NCBI GenBank assembly: GCA_051892775.1
Contig: JBJFGN010000018.1
Coordinates: 1 to 32,000 of the forward strand
DNA from: Methanobrevibacter sp.
Lineage (GTDB): Archaea > Methanobacteriota > Methanobacteria > Methanobacteriales > Methanobacteriaceae
Direction of reading: 5' to 3'
DNA length: 32,000 nucleotides
This document shows positions 1 through 9,358 of this stretch, in pieces. Every line of letters starts with the position of its first letter. Position 1 is the first letter of the stretch. The translations under genes and the position numbers were made by a program. Below the pieces are notes generated by a model. The model was not told where the DNA came from and ran no database searches. It saw only the letters and a program-made list of their open reading frames with translations.

Positions 1-220
1 ATATTATTATAGGAATATTTTTGAAATTTTTCTATTTTTACTAATTTTATAATAACATTTATTAATGTTAATTTAAAAATAAATAATTATTCTATCTAAT
101 TGTTATGTGTAAATTTTATTATTTTATAATTTTACTCAAACTTATATAGCTAGGATATAGCTATTTATCATTTATTTCAAAAAATTATTTTGATAGAAAT
201 TATTAATCGGAGGATTATTT

Positions 221-703
221 ATGGTTCGTGCTTATACAAGAAGAGATTATATTAGAAAAATACCTAATTCAAGAATTGTACAATTTGATATGGGTAATTT
301 AAGTGGGGATTTCCCTATTAAAGTAAGTTTAGTTTCAAAAGAAAATGTTGAGATTACTCACAATTCTTTAGAAGCAGCTAGGATTGCATCTAACAGATTA
401 ATGCAATTAAAAGCAGGTAGATTCGGTTACCATTTGAAAGTTAGACCATATCCACATCAAATTGTAAGAGAAAATCCTATGGCAACTGGTGCAGGTGCAG
501 ATAGGGTACAAAGTGGTATGAGGAATGCTTTTGGTAAAGCTGTAAGTGTATCTGCTATTGTTAAACGTGGTCAAAGATTAATCACTATTGACTGTAATAA
601 AGCAAACTTCAATGATGCTAAATTAGCATTAAAAAGAGCATCAATGAAATTGCCTACCACTACTAGAATTGTTGTAGATAAAGGTCAAGAGTTAGTTTTA
701 TAA
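221..703 (+). CDS. rpl10e: 50S ribosomal protein L10e (uL16)
   Basis: 160-aa ORF. The N-terminus [26 protein letters not shown] and the length are typical of the archaeal/eukaryotic L10e family. SD-like GGAGGA at 209-214 lies 6 nt before the ATG. Confidence 0.9.
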   Translation: MVRAYTRRDYIRKIPNSRIVQFDMGNLSGDFPIKVSLVSKENVEITHNSLEAARIASNRLMQLKAGRFGYHLKVRPYPHQIVRENPMATGAGADRVQSGMRNAFGKAVSVSAIVKRGQRLITIDCNKANFNDAKLALKRASMKLPTTTRIVVDKGQELVL

Positions 704-760
704 TTTTATTGTAAATTCTTAATTGTATATTCAGAGTGTAAAAAATTGTATTATTTTGGT

Positions 761-873
761 AATTTTACAATATTTTAAGCATTTGGTTTAGATGTGATTA
801 TAAAGTTTTTACAATCTCCTTTTAAACTTATACACTAATATTGTACTATTTAAATAATTTTACAATATTTTAA
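761..873. repeat. Pair of perfect 18-nt direct repeats AATTTTACAATATTTTAA (761-778 and 856-873) with a partial third copy TTTTACAAT at 807-815, in the ppsA upstream region
   Basis: Read directly from the sequence. An inverted copy ATTGTAAA sits at 708-715. The element lies between the rpl10e stop (703) and the ppsA start (938). Confidence 0.8.
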
Positions 874-937
874 ACTTCTTGAATATTTTAAATATTATTT
901 TCATGAAATAATTATTTTAAAAAATGAGGGAAAAAGT

Positions 938-3232
938 ATGTATGTAGCAAAATTTGAGAAAATAAGTAAAGATGATATTGATATTGCTGGAGGTAAAGGA
1001 GCTAATTTAGGTGAATTAACTCAAGCAGGTATTCCTGTTCCACCAGGATTTGTTATAACATCTAAAACTTATGAAAAATTTATGAATGACACTGAAATTA
1101 ATACAACTATTATGGATATACTTGAAAATACTGATGTCAATGATACTAAAGCTCTTCAAAAAGCTGCTGAAAAAATTAAAGATATCATTGTTAAAACACC
1201 AATGCCTCAAGACATTAAAACTTTAATTATTGAAGCTTATAATCAGCTTTCAGAAAGTGTTGGTGAAGAAGCTGCTGATGTGGCTGTAAGATCTTCTGCT
1301 ACTGCTGAAGATTTACCTGATGCTTCTTTTGCAGGTCAACAGGATACTTATTTACATGTTAAAGGTGTAGATGAAGTAGTTAAATATGTTCAAAAAGTAT
1401 GGGCTTCTTTATTTGAAGCAAGAGCTATTTTTTACAGAGAAGAAAACAATTTTGATCATGATAAAGTATTTATTGCAGTTTGTGTTCAACAAATGGCTCA
1501 AGCAGATAAAGCAGGTGTTATGTTTACAGTAAATCCTTCAACTGGTGAAGATGTTGCTATGATTGAATCTTCATGGGGACTTGGTGAAGCTGTTGTATCT
1601 GGTGATGTTACTCCTGATCATTATGATGTAGATAAAAAAACTGGAAAACTTGTTAATATTACAGTTAGTGATAAAAAATACATGTATGTTAATGATGAAG
1701 AAGGTACTAGTATAAGAGTAAAAGTTCCTGAAGAAAAACGTAATGAAAGAGTATTATCTGATAAAGATTTAGAAAATCTTGTTGCAATGGGTAAAAGGAT
1801 TGAAGAACATTATAAATCTCCTATGGATACTGAATGGGCTATTGAAAAAGGAAAACTTTATTTATTACAATCTCGTCCTATCACTACATTAAATGATAGT
1901 GAAACTTCTGGTTCTGAAGAAGTTACTACTGACCTTAATGTTATTATTAAAGGATTAGGTGCAAGTCCGGGTATTGTTGCTGGACCAGTTAAAATTATAA
2001 AAGACATTGAAGAATTAGATAAAATCCAAAATGGAGATATTATGGTTACTACAATGACCACTCCTGATATGGTTCCAGCTATGAAAAAATCATCTGGTAT
2101 TATTACTGATGAAGGTGGAGTAACTTGTCACGCATCTATTATTTCAAGGGAATTAGGTATTCCTTGTGTAGTTGGTACTGGTGAAGCAACTGATGTTTTA
2201 AATGATGGTGAAGAAGTTTCTATTGATGGTAAAAAAGGATTAGTTTATGAAGGACTTATATCCTCTGCAGAAAATACTGGTTCTAATAATGAGGTAGCTC
2301 AAAATATACAAAACGTTGCAGAACCTATAGTCACTGTTACTTCAGTAAAAGCTAATGTTAGTATGCCTGAAGCAGCACCTAGGGCAGCAGCAGTTGGTGC
2401 TGATGGTGTTGGATTGTTAAGGGCAGAACATATGATGTTAAATGGTGGAGTACACCCTAAAAAATATATTTTAGATGGTAAAGAAGATGAATTAGTTAAT
2501 ATGTTAGCTGAGAATATTTTAAAAGTAGCTGATGTATTTTATCCTAAACCAGTATGGTACAGAACTATGGATGCACCTACTGATGAATTCGTAACTCTCG
2601 AAGGTGGGGAAAATGAGCCTGAAGAACACAATCCAATGTTAGGTTGGAGAGGTATTAGAAGAGAGTTAGATGAACCTGAAATTATTCAGGCTGAATTTAA
2701 GGCTATTAAAAAACTTCATGAAAAAGGATATACTAATATTGGAATTATGATTCCATTATCTCAAAGTGTTTCTGAATTAAGAAAAGCTAAAAAATTATGT
2801 GCTGAAGTAGGACTTATACCTCAAAAAGATGTAGAGTTTGGTATGATGGTTGAAACTCCAGCTGCAGCTTTAACTGTTGAAGATTATATTGATGAAGGTA
2901 TTGACTTTGTAAGTCTTGGAACTAATGATTTAACACAATATACTTTAGCTATTGATCGTAATAATGAATTTGTAGCTAAAAATTATACTGAAGAACATCC
3001 AGCAGTCATGAAATTAATTGAAAGAACAATTAAAATTTGTGCTGAAAGAGGAGTAACTTGTAGTATTTGTGGTCAAGCAGGTAGTGTACCACATATTGTT
3101 GAAAAATTAGTGGAATTTGGTATTAGTAGTGTTTCATCAAATGCAGATGCAATTCCTGATGTAAGACGTACTGTTGCTATAGCAGAGAAAAAATTAATTC
3201 TCAATGCTGCAAGAAAAAGATTAGAACAATAA
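938..3232 (+). CDS. ppsA: Phosphoenolpyruvate synthase (pyruvate, water dikinase)
   Basis: 764 aa. N-terminal ATP-grasp motif GGKGANLGEL, phosphohistidine swivel motif GGVTCHASIISRELGIP, C-terminal PEP-utilising motifs GTNDLTQYTLAIDR and CGQ. SD-like GAGGGA a few nt upstream of the ATG. Confidence 0.95.
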   Translation: MYVAKFEKISKDDIDIAGGKGANLGELTQAGIPVPPGFVITSKTYEKFMNDTEINTTIMDILENTDVNDTKALQKAAEKIKDIIVKTPMPQDIKTLIIEAYNQLSESVGEEAADVAVRSSATAEDLPDASFAGQQDTYLHVKGVDEVVKYVQKVWASLFEARAIFYREENNFDHDKVFIAVCVQQMAQADKAGVMFTVNPSTGEDVAMIESSWGLGEAVVSGDVTPDHYDVDKKTGKLVNITVSDKKYMYVNDEEGTSIRVKVPEEKRNERVLSDKDLENLVAMGKRIEEHYKSPMDTEWAIEKGKLYLLQSRPITTLNDSETSGSEEVTTDLNVIIKGLGASPGIVAGPVKIIKDIEELDKIQNGDIMVTTMTTPDMVPAMKKSSGIITDEGGVTCHASIISRELGIPCVVGTGEATDVLNDGEEVSIDGKKGLVYEGLISSAENTGSNNEVAQNIQNVAEPIVTVTSVKANVSMPEAAPRAAAVGADGVGLLRAEHMMLNGGVHPKKYILDGKEDELVNMLAENILKVADVFYPKPVWYRTMDAPTDEFVTLEGGENEPEEHNPMLGWRGIRRELDEPEIIQAEFKAIKKLHEKGYTNIGIMIPLSQSVSELRKAKKLCAEVGLIPQKDVEFGMMVETPAAALTVEDYIDEGIDFVSLGTNDLTQYTLAIDRNNEFVAKNYTEEHPAVMKLIERTIKICAERGVTCSICGQAGSVPHIVEKLVEFGISSVSSNADAIPDVRRTVAIAEKKLILNAARKRLEQ

Positions 3233-3234
3233 GA

Positions 3235-3266
3235 TTTTTATCTTATTTTTTATTTTATTTTTTTTA
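3235..3266 (+). terminator. Oligo-T archaeal terminator candidate after ppsA
   Basis: T6 (3246-3251) and T8 (3258-3265) runs immediately after the ppsA stop at 3230-3232. Archaeal RNAP terminates at oligo-T tracts. Confidence 0.4.
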
Positions 3267-3413
3267 AACATTTATTTATCTTAAAAATTTTATTTAAAAA
3301 TTAATTAAATAGCTATTTTTTTGATTATTTAACTAATTATTTTAAAACTTTTATCTTAAATGACTAGTTTTGTGAATTTTTTTTATTTTTATAATTTATT
3401 TAAGGTAATATTT

Positions 3414-4580
3414 ATGGAAGAACAACCTAAATCTAAAGAAGAAATATTTAAAGAATTAGATTCATTTCAGAAAAAAGATATGAAATATTCTGATGGTAGA
3501 ATTCTTGGTTCTATGTGTACAGAAGCAGAACCTATTGCTAAAGAAGTTTTTTATAAATTTATAAACTCTAATCTTGGTGATCCGGGTTTATTTAAAGGCA
3601 CTAAAGAGATTGAGAATAAAGTTATTAAAAACATTGGTTCTTTTGTTTCAATTGATAATCCTTGTGGTCATGTTGTTACTGGTGGGACTGAAGCTAATTT
3701 GATGGCAATGCGTGCTGCTCGTAATTATGCAAGGCGTTATAAATGTATTGATAATCCTGAAATTATTGTCCCTCAATCTGCTCATTTTTCATTTAAAAAA
3801 GCATCTGATATGTTTGGATTAAAACTTGTTAGAGCTGATTTTGATGATAATTATAAAATAGATCCTAATTCTTTAGAGGATAAAATTACTGATAATACTG
3901 TTGCTATTGTTGCAATTGCAGGCTCTACTGAATTAGGTATGGTGGATCCTATCGATAAAATTGCGCAAATTGCAAAGAATAATGATATTTATTTACATGT
4001 TGATGCAGCATTTGGTGGATTTTCAATACCCTTTTTAAAAGAAGCAGGTTATGATTTTCCACAATTTGATTTTTCTTTAGATGCAGTATGCTCTATGACT
4101 ATTGATCCACATAAAATGGGTCTTTCAACTATTCCTTCTGGTTGTATTTTATTTAGAGATAGAAAATACCTTGATGTAATGGCTGTAGAAGCACCTTATC
4201 TCACTAAAAAAGAACAATCAACTATTGTTGGTACTCGTAGTGGGGCGTCTTCAGCAGCAACTTATGCTGTCATGGAATCTTTAGGTCATGAAGGTTATAG
4301 AAGAAACGCATTATATGCTATGAAAAAAACCATGTATCTTAAAAAAGGCCTTGAAAAATTAGGGTATGAAATAGTTGTTGAACCTGAACTTAATATTGTT
4401 GCTTTTAATCATCCAGATATGGAAACAGATGATTTAGCATTGGAACTTGAAAAAAGAAATTGGAGAGTTTCATGTTCTTCATGCCCTAAAGCAATTCGTG
4501 TTATTGTAATGAAACATATATCTATGGATAATATAAAAGATTTATTAAATGATTTATCTGATATTGCAGATAGTATTTAA
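3414..4580 (+). CDS. mfnA: L-tyrosine/L-aspartate decarboxylase (methanofuran / CoA biosynthesis), PLP-dependent group II decarboxylase
   Basis: Motifs [16 protein letters not shown] and DPHKMG (PLP lysine). 388 aa from ATG 3414 ([10 protein letters not shown]), which has a weak SD AAGGT at 3402-3406. The ORF-track start at 3360 adds an F/Y/N-rich leader with no SD and is rejected. Confidence 0.9.
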   Translation: MEEQPKSKEEIFKELDSFQKKDMKYSDGRILGSMCTEAEPIAKEVFYKFINSNLGDPGLFKGTKEIENKVIKNIGSFVSIDNPCGHVVTGGTEANLMAMRAARNYARRYKCIDNPEIIVPQSAHFSFKKASDMFGLKLVRADFDDNYKIDPNSLEDKITDNTVAIVAIAGSTELGMVDPIDKIAQIAKNNDIYLHVDAAFGGFSIPFLKEAGYDFPQFDFSLDAVCSMTIDPHKMGLSTIPSGCILFRDRKYLDVMAVEAPYLTKKEQSTIVGTRSGASSAATYAVMESLGHEGYRRNALYAMKKTMYLKKGLEKLGYEIVVEPELNIVAFNHPDMETDDLALELEKRNWRVSCSSCPKAIRVIVMKHISMDNIKDLLNDLSDIADSI

Positions 4581-4794
4581 TCTTTAATTATTCATTTATA
4601 TGCTACTTATTTTTTATATATGGAATCTAATTTTTATATTTTTTTTAAAAAAAAGTAATATTTTAATTTTTAATCTAACTGGAAACTTATTTTACTTGGG
4701 ATTTTATAGAAGTTGTTTTTAAAATTAAGTAATTTATTTCTTAAACTTAATGATTTCAGCAAAGTTAAAAAAAGTATTAGAATTATAAAATAAT

Positions 4795-5169
4795 TTATAA
4801 TTCTTCAATGTCTTCTACATACATTAATGGGTAATTAAGTTCTTCAATAAATTCAATTTTTATAGTAGCAATTACATTATCTACTTTTGTCTTTATTTTA
4901 ATATTTAACATATCTCCACTTAAAGAAGTATAATCAAAATCACTTAATGCAGAATCTAATCGTTTAAGGTCTATTTTTGCATCGACTTCTTCAATTGCAG
5001 GTTGTAATTCAAATGCTTCTTTTATTGATTTTTCAATACTAGGTACTGACTCTTTATTTAAAGGAATCCCTACAAATTGGTGGAATAATGCACCCATTGT
5101 AATTCCTCCTTCAAATATAGCTCTTTCTCTAGAATTTATATTTGAAAAGTATTTTTTATTTACATCCAT
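4795..5169 (-). CDS. mptD: Archaeal-type dihydroneopterin aldolase family protein (MptD-like, methanopterin biosynthesis)
   Basis: 124 aa. RERAIFEGGITMGALFHQFVGIP near the N-terminus and IEELNYPLMYVE near the C-terminus match my memory of the MJ0408/MptD (DUF381) family, but no search was run. SD-like AGGAATAGGA is embedded in the 3' end of the upstream sortase gene. The start lies 1 nt after the sortase stop. Confidence 0.55.
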   Translation of the reverse strand: MDVNKKYFSNINSRERAIFEGGITMGALFHQFVGIPLNKESVPSIEKSIKEAFELQPAIEEVDAKIDLKRLDSALSDFDYTSLSGDMLNIKIKTKVDNVIATIKIEFIEELNYPLMYVEDIEEL

Positions 5170-5170
5170 T

Positions 5171-5899
5171 TTATCCTATTCCTAATGTGAATATTTGATT
5201 TAAAAATTCAATTTTTGATGTGAATTCATTTACTGGACCTGGATTTATATGACAATATACTAAAAACAGTGTTATAATTATAACACAAGTTCCTATAAAT
5301 TTCCTTTCAGATTTAGGTGATAGAAATGTTACAACTAATCCAAGTAATATAAATCCAATTATTATATATAGTCCATAATTTGATTGTGGATTATCTTTAA
5401 TAATGTGCTGATTTAGAGGTCCTTTATTTGTGTAATTTGCTTTAATAATAAGCCTTTTTTCTGTTGTACCTATTGGAGTACATGTAATTAATGATAATGT
5501 TTGTGTATCACTATTTATTATTGGTCTATATGTTGCAGGTACTACTGTTTTATTATAAACAGTATAATTTACTTCACCAATTCCTGGCCATTGTAATGTT
5601 ATTATATCTCCAGGGTTAAGTTCATTTAATCTTAAAAATGGTGAACCAAGTAATGTTCTATGTCCAAATAGGATTACATCCCCTTCTCCAGGATCATATG
5701 ATTTTCTTTCATGATAGACCCCTTCGGATATTGAGATGTTATTTATTTTTTCATGCAATCCTATCTTTTCACAAATTACTACAGGATTATTCATGTCATT
5801 TTCTGTAATAAGTTTATGTGAAAAATAGGTAACTTCATTTGCAGCATATAATCCAACAATTAAAAGGGCAATTATTATTACAATTGTTGATTTGTCCAT
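5171..5899 (-). CDS. Sortase-family cysteine transpeptidase homologue, with N-terminal TM anchor and two extra C-terminal TM helices
   Basis: 242 aa. TM anchor IVIIIALLIVGLYAA, then ILFGHR (His), NPGDIITLQ, LSLITCTP (TLxTC-type Cys) and EKRLIIKA (Arg), in the canonical sortase order. SD AGAGGA upstream of the ATG at 5899. Confidence 0.8.
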   Translation of the reverse strand: MDKSTIVIIIALLIVGLYAANEVTYFSHKLITENDMNNPVVICEKIGLHEKINNISISEGVYHERKSYDPGEGDVILFGHRTLLGSPFLRLNELNPGDIITLQWPGIGEVNYTVYNKTVVPATYRPIINSDTQTLSLITCTPIGTTEKRLIIKANYTNKGPLNQHIIKDNPQSNYGLYIIIGFILLGLVVTFLSPKSERKFIGTCVIIITLFLVYCHINPGPVNEFTSKIEFLNQIFTLGIG

Positions 5900-6034
5900 A
5901 GTATCCTCTTAATTGTTTTAATTTTTATTAATAATTATTTTAATCAAATATTAATTTATAATTTATTAAATATTTAATTTTTTATTAACATTTAATTTTA
6001 TTGAAATATTTTTTTAATATAACTTTCTAATTTT

Positions 6035-7531
6035 TTAGTTTGAATTGTTGTTTTTGATTTCATTAATCATCCAATCTGGACTATTTTTTGTAGGTATTGT
6101 TAATATTAAATTATCCATATTATTTAATACAAATCTTACATCTTCCCTTGGAACTTCTAGAAGGATTAAATAGTTAGCATCTAAATCTCCAATATTTGAT
6201 TCTCTTTCATAGTCAGATAATTTGATTCCATAATTACTTAATATGTATTCTGTTTCCCTATCACTATATTCTAAAGATTCTGCTTTAAGATTTTCTTCAA
6301 CATCTGTAGTATAAGTATATGAAGAATTATCTACTGTTTTAGAACTACTTTTTTCTGTTTTTGAGTTTATTGACCCACTATCCTTTCCTCTCATTATAGC
6401 AAGTACTTTACAACCACTAATTTCTGGATTGGTTTCTGAACTATTATTTATTTCATTATTTGGATTATTTCCAGTATTGTTATTTTTTAAGTTATTGTCA
6501 CTTGAATTTATATAATAAATATCAATTTTACTTCCAGTACTTATTAAACCACTTGCAGCTTGAAGTCTTGAAACTTCAATAGGTACAGCTACTGTATCTG
6601 GTTTTTTAAATTCTATATTTGATAAGACATATCCGTCATTATCTTCTATAAGTTTAATGGCTTCATCTTCACTAATAAGGATATTTTTCTTACTATCATT
6701 TGTATATGTAAGCATTATTCTATTTCCAATATCTTTATTTTCTTTAATCTTTTTTAAGTGATGATCTTTCCATTGTGCTGTTGCAGGTCTTAAAACATCT
6801 ACACTATCAATATCTAATTTGTTATGGCATTTGCTTATGCGATCTTCAAGAACATTAGCTTCTTTTGCATTAACTAATGGCCCTTTATACAATCTGTTTA
6901 TTTCATTTAATTTGGCTATTTTTTCATTATTTAATTCATTTTCTTTAGGTTCATATATTGCAAAATAATATGCTCCTCCAATTATTATAATAAATATTAA
7001 TATGAAAAGTATAACTCCCATTTTAGCTTTTTCTTTATCTGTATATTCTGTTTTATTGTATTTTGATTTAAAATGATTCACTAATGGTTTTCCTAATTTT
7101 TCTTTTTTCATTGGTTTTTCTAGTCTTTGGTTTAAATCATTGTTTTTTATGTTATTTGAATTTAAATCATTACTTATTCCTCTAAGATTAAATTTATCTT
7201 TTAAATTAAATTTGTCATTATTTGCTGATTCATATATGCTTTTATTCTTCAAATCGTCATTAATATTGTTTAATTCATTGTTTTTTAAATCAGTTTTTAA
7301 TTCATTTTTATTAAAATTAGAAAAATCAGTATTTATGTCCTTGTAATAATCTTTTTCAAAATTAGTTTCATTATTAAAATATTCATCCAAAAAATCATCT
7401 AAATCTTTAATTTCAGATAAATCATGTTTATTGTTTTCGGGTTTTAAAAAATTTTTAATTTTATTTATTAAATTATTGTTTTCCTCTTTTAAAGGTTCTA
7501 ATGATTTTGGTTTATTTTTTTCGCCCTTCAT
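6035..7531 (-). CDS. Single-pass membrane protein: N/K/D-rich low-complexity cytoplasmic region, TM helix, CpaB/RcpC-like (beta-clip/SAF-type) extracellular domain
   Basis: TM helix MGVILFILIFIIIIGGAYYFAIY. The C-terminal region has TVAVPIEVSRLQAASGLISTGSKIDIYY, CKVLAI and YLILLEVPREDVRFVLNNMDNLILTI, which resemble the CpaB/RcpC pattern; this is recognised by eye, not searched. Start chosen at ATG 7531 (MKGEKNK), preceded by AGGTTGGTAGGA. The ORF-track start at 7603 sits directly downstream of a TATA-like TAATATATAA and has no SD. The coding call is more confident than the family assignment. Confidence 0.6.
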   Translation of the reverse strand: MKGEKNKPKSLEPLKEENNNLINKIKNFLKPENNKHDLSEIKDLDDFLDEYFNNETNFEKDYYKDINTDFSNFNKNELKTDLKNNELNNINDDLKNKSIYESANNDKFNLKDKFNLRGISNDLNSNNIKNNDLNQRLEKPMKKEKLGKPLVNHFKSKYNKTEYTDKEKAKMGVILFILIFIIIIGGAYYFAIYEPKENELNNEKIAKLNEINRLYKGPLVNAKEANVLEDRISKCHNKLDIDSVDVLRPATAQWKDHHLKKIKENKDIGNRIMLTYTNDSKKNILISEDEAIKLIEDNDGYVLSNIEFKKPDTVAVPIEVSRLQAASGLISTGSKIDIYYINSSDNNLKNNNTGNNPNNEINNSSETNPEISGCKVLAIMRGKDSGSINSKTEKSSSKTVDNSSYTYTTDVEENLKAESLEYSDRETEYILSNYGIKLSDYERESNIGDLDANYLILLEVPREDVRFVLNNMDNLILTIPTKNSPDWMINEIKNNNSN

Positions 7532-7636
7532 TCCTACCAACCTATATGGATGGAACATTTTTTTAGATGAACAAAAAAAGTATAATATATAATAATATGG
7601 CATGCTATTATATATTATTTAGTAGGTATCAGATTT

Positions 7637-8329
7637 TCATTTATTTATTAATATATTGCTTAATAAATAATATAATGTCATTATAAGTAATATTATTGCT
7701 GCAATATTGATATTATGTATTATTGGAAATTTTATAAACATCAATACAATTAAAAATAATGCAAAAATTATAATTTTTATGTTTTCAAATTTTTCATATT
7801 TTACATTACTTATCATAAGTATTGCAACAATCGTCATAAGTATCATTGCAATGTATACATTATATATTCCACTTAAATAATATGTCACTAAAATAAATGC
7901 TATTCCAGGTATTGGAAAACCAATAAAACCTTTAAAATCTATTTTATCTGCAATTACATTATAGCGTGTTAACCTTAATACCCCACAAATTACCATAAAT
8001 AATGAGACTATTATTAAACCAATTTCAGGACCATTTGAATTCATGCCTGAAATGTATAATAATATTGCAGGTGCTACTCCAAATGAAACTATGTCAGATA
8101 ATGAATCAATATTCTTTCCAAATCCATGAATATCATTTCTGCCCACTTTTCTAGCTGTCCATCCATCGCATGAGTCAAAAATTATTGCTAAAATAATAAA
8201 TAGTGTAGCTAAACTTAAATTATTATTTATAGCACATATTATAGATAAGAAACCTGAACCCATATTTGATAATGATATAAAATCAGGTATAGCTATAAAA
8301 TGTTCCATTCCTGTTTTTTCAATTTTCAT
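7637..8329 (-). CDS. pssA: CDP-alcohol phosphatidyltransferase, archaetidylserine synthase-like
   Basis: 230 aa polytopic membrane protein with the family motif D-x2-DG-x2-AR...G-x3-D-x3-D (DSCDGWTARKVGRNDIHGFGKNIDSLSD). SD AGGAG upstream of the ATG. Confidence 0.85.
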   Translation of the reverse strand: MKIEKTGMEHFIAIPDFISLSNMGSGFLSIICAINNNLSLATLFIILAIIFDSCDGWTARKVGRNDIHGFGKNIDSLSDIVSFGVAPAILLYISGMNSNGPEIGLIIVSLFMVICGVLRLTRYNVIADKIDFKGFIGFPIPGIAFILVTYYLSGIYNVYIAMILMTIVAILMISNVKYEKFENIKIIIFALFLIVLMFIKFPIIHNINIAAIILLIMTLYYLLSNILINK

Positions 8330-8697
8330 ATTGACTCCTATAATCCTCTTTTTTTAATTATTTAATATTGTTGATTAATTTTATTTTAAATAAACATTGG
8401 GGATTAATTTATTTTTAATTTTAATTTTTATGCATTTCTATTAATTTATTATATGTTTAAATTTTGTTTTTATTTTAAATATTTTTTTGCTTTTTATAAA
8501 ATTTTATTTATTTTTTATCAATAAATTTTTTAATATGATTAAATATATATAATGTATAAACATTATAATAATATAATAGTCTATTAATTTTTGACTTGAT
8601 ATTTTTTTGTAATTTTTGATTGATTTTTTTGAAATAATTAAATATTTAATTTATTAATTTCATAAATTATATATAAAAACAGTTTTATGTGTGTACG

Positions 8698-9354
8698 ATG
8701 ATTGAAGATAATATTCGAGCTTTAAGAGAAGCTGCAAGGATTACTGATGATAAAGAGGATAATAAAGATTCTTCTATCAATCAAGCTCCTGAAAAGTTAT
8801 GGTGTGTAATGGCAGGTAATGATAAATTAATTGATGACATTGCATACGATGCTATATCTTCTAGAGATAAAGTTAAAATCCTATTTAGGGAGCATGTTAC
8901 TTTAGAAGAAGATAAAATCAACAGAAAATTTGATTTTATAATGTTATATGGTGAAGCAGCTACTATTAAAAGACTTAGTAATGATTGTAAAGATGGTGGA
9001 GGGGCATATATTAAGATACCTCAAAATTATATTGAAGAAAAATCTAATTTAATGATTTTAGTAGGTCCAGAAGACACTATCAGGAAATCTGTTGCTAAGA
9101 TGGAAAGAGCTAGAATTCAATTTGGTATATTGTTAGATGATCAAACTACTGGTTTTATCCAAACAGATATAAATATTAAATTACCTAAATTTTTAAAAAA
9201 TACATTTAATCCATTGTTTAATGTTAGTGAAGTTGTTTTGAAAACAATTTTAATATCTGTTGATGAGGATAAAGATGTAAATAAAGTTTCAGATATTGCT
9301 ACATCAGATAAAATTTTTGTTATTGACTTTAAGGATATTGATATGGAGGCTTAA
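8698..9354 (+). CDS. Hypothetical soluble protein, translationally coupled to mreB
   Basis: 218 aa from ATG 8698 (the ORF-track GTG at 8689 is also possible). No TM segment and no motif I recognise. Its stop is 4 nt before the mreB ATG, and its 3' end contains the mreB SD (GGAGG, 9344-9348). Confidence 0.7.
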   Translation: MIEDNIRALREAARITDDKEDNKDSSINQAPEKLWCVMAGNDKLIDDIAYDAISSRDKVKILFREHVTLEEDKINRKFDFIMLYGEAATIKRLSNDCKDGGGAYIKIPQNYIEEKSNLMILVGPEDTIRKSVAKMERARIQFGILLDDQTTGFIQTDINIKLPKFLKNTFNPLFNVSEVVLKTILISVDEDKDVNKVSDIATSDKIFVIDFKDIDMEA

Positions 9355-9358
9355 TTAA

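Noticed and set aside
1016-2061. Antisense ORFs 1016-1210 and 1858-2061 inside ppsA
   Set aside because: Both are fully embedded opposite a confidently identified, motif-rich gene. Their translations are low-complexity mirror images of ppsA codons, and neither has an SD.
3360-3413. N-terminal extension of mfnA from the ORF-track start ([18 protein letters not shown])
   Set aside because: This is F/Y/N-rich translated AT-rich intergenic DNA with no SD. The internal ATG 3414 gives a normal MfnA N-terminus. The same logic was applied to the extended starts at 7603, 11418, 12953, 15623, 19438 and 22828.
7140-7346. 68-aa plus-strand ORF opposite the N/K/D-rich region of the 6035-7531 gene
   Set aside because: It is the L/F/S-rich antisense shadow of a low-complexity AAT/AAA-rich coding region, with no start context.
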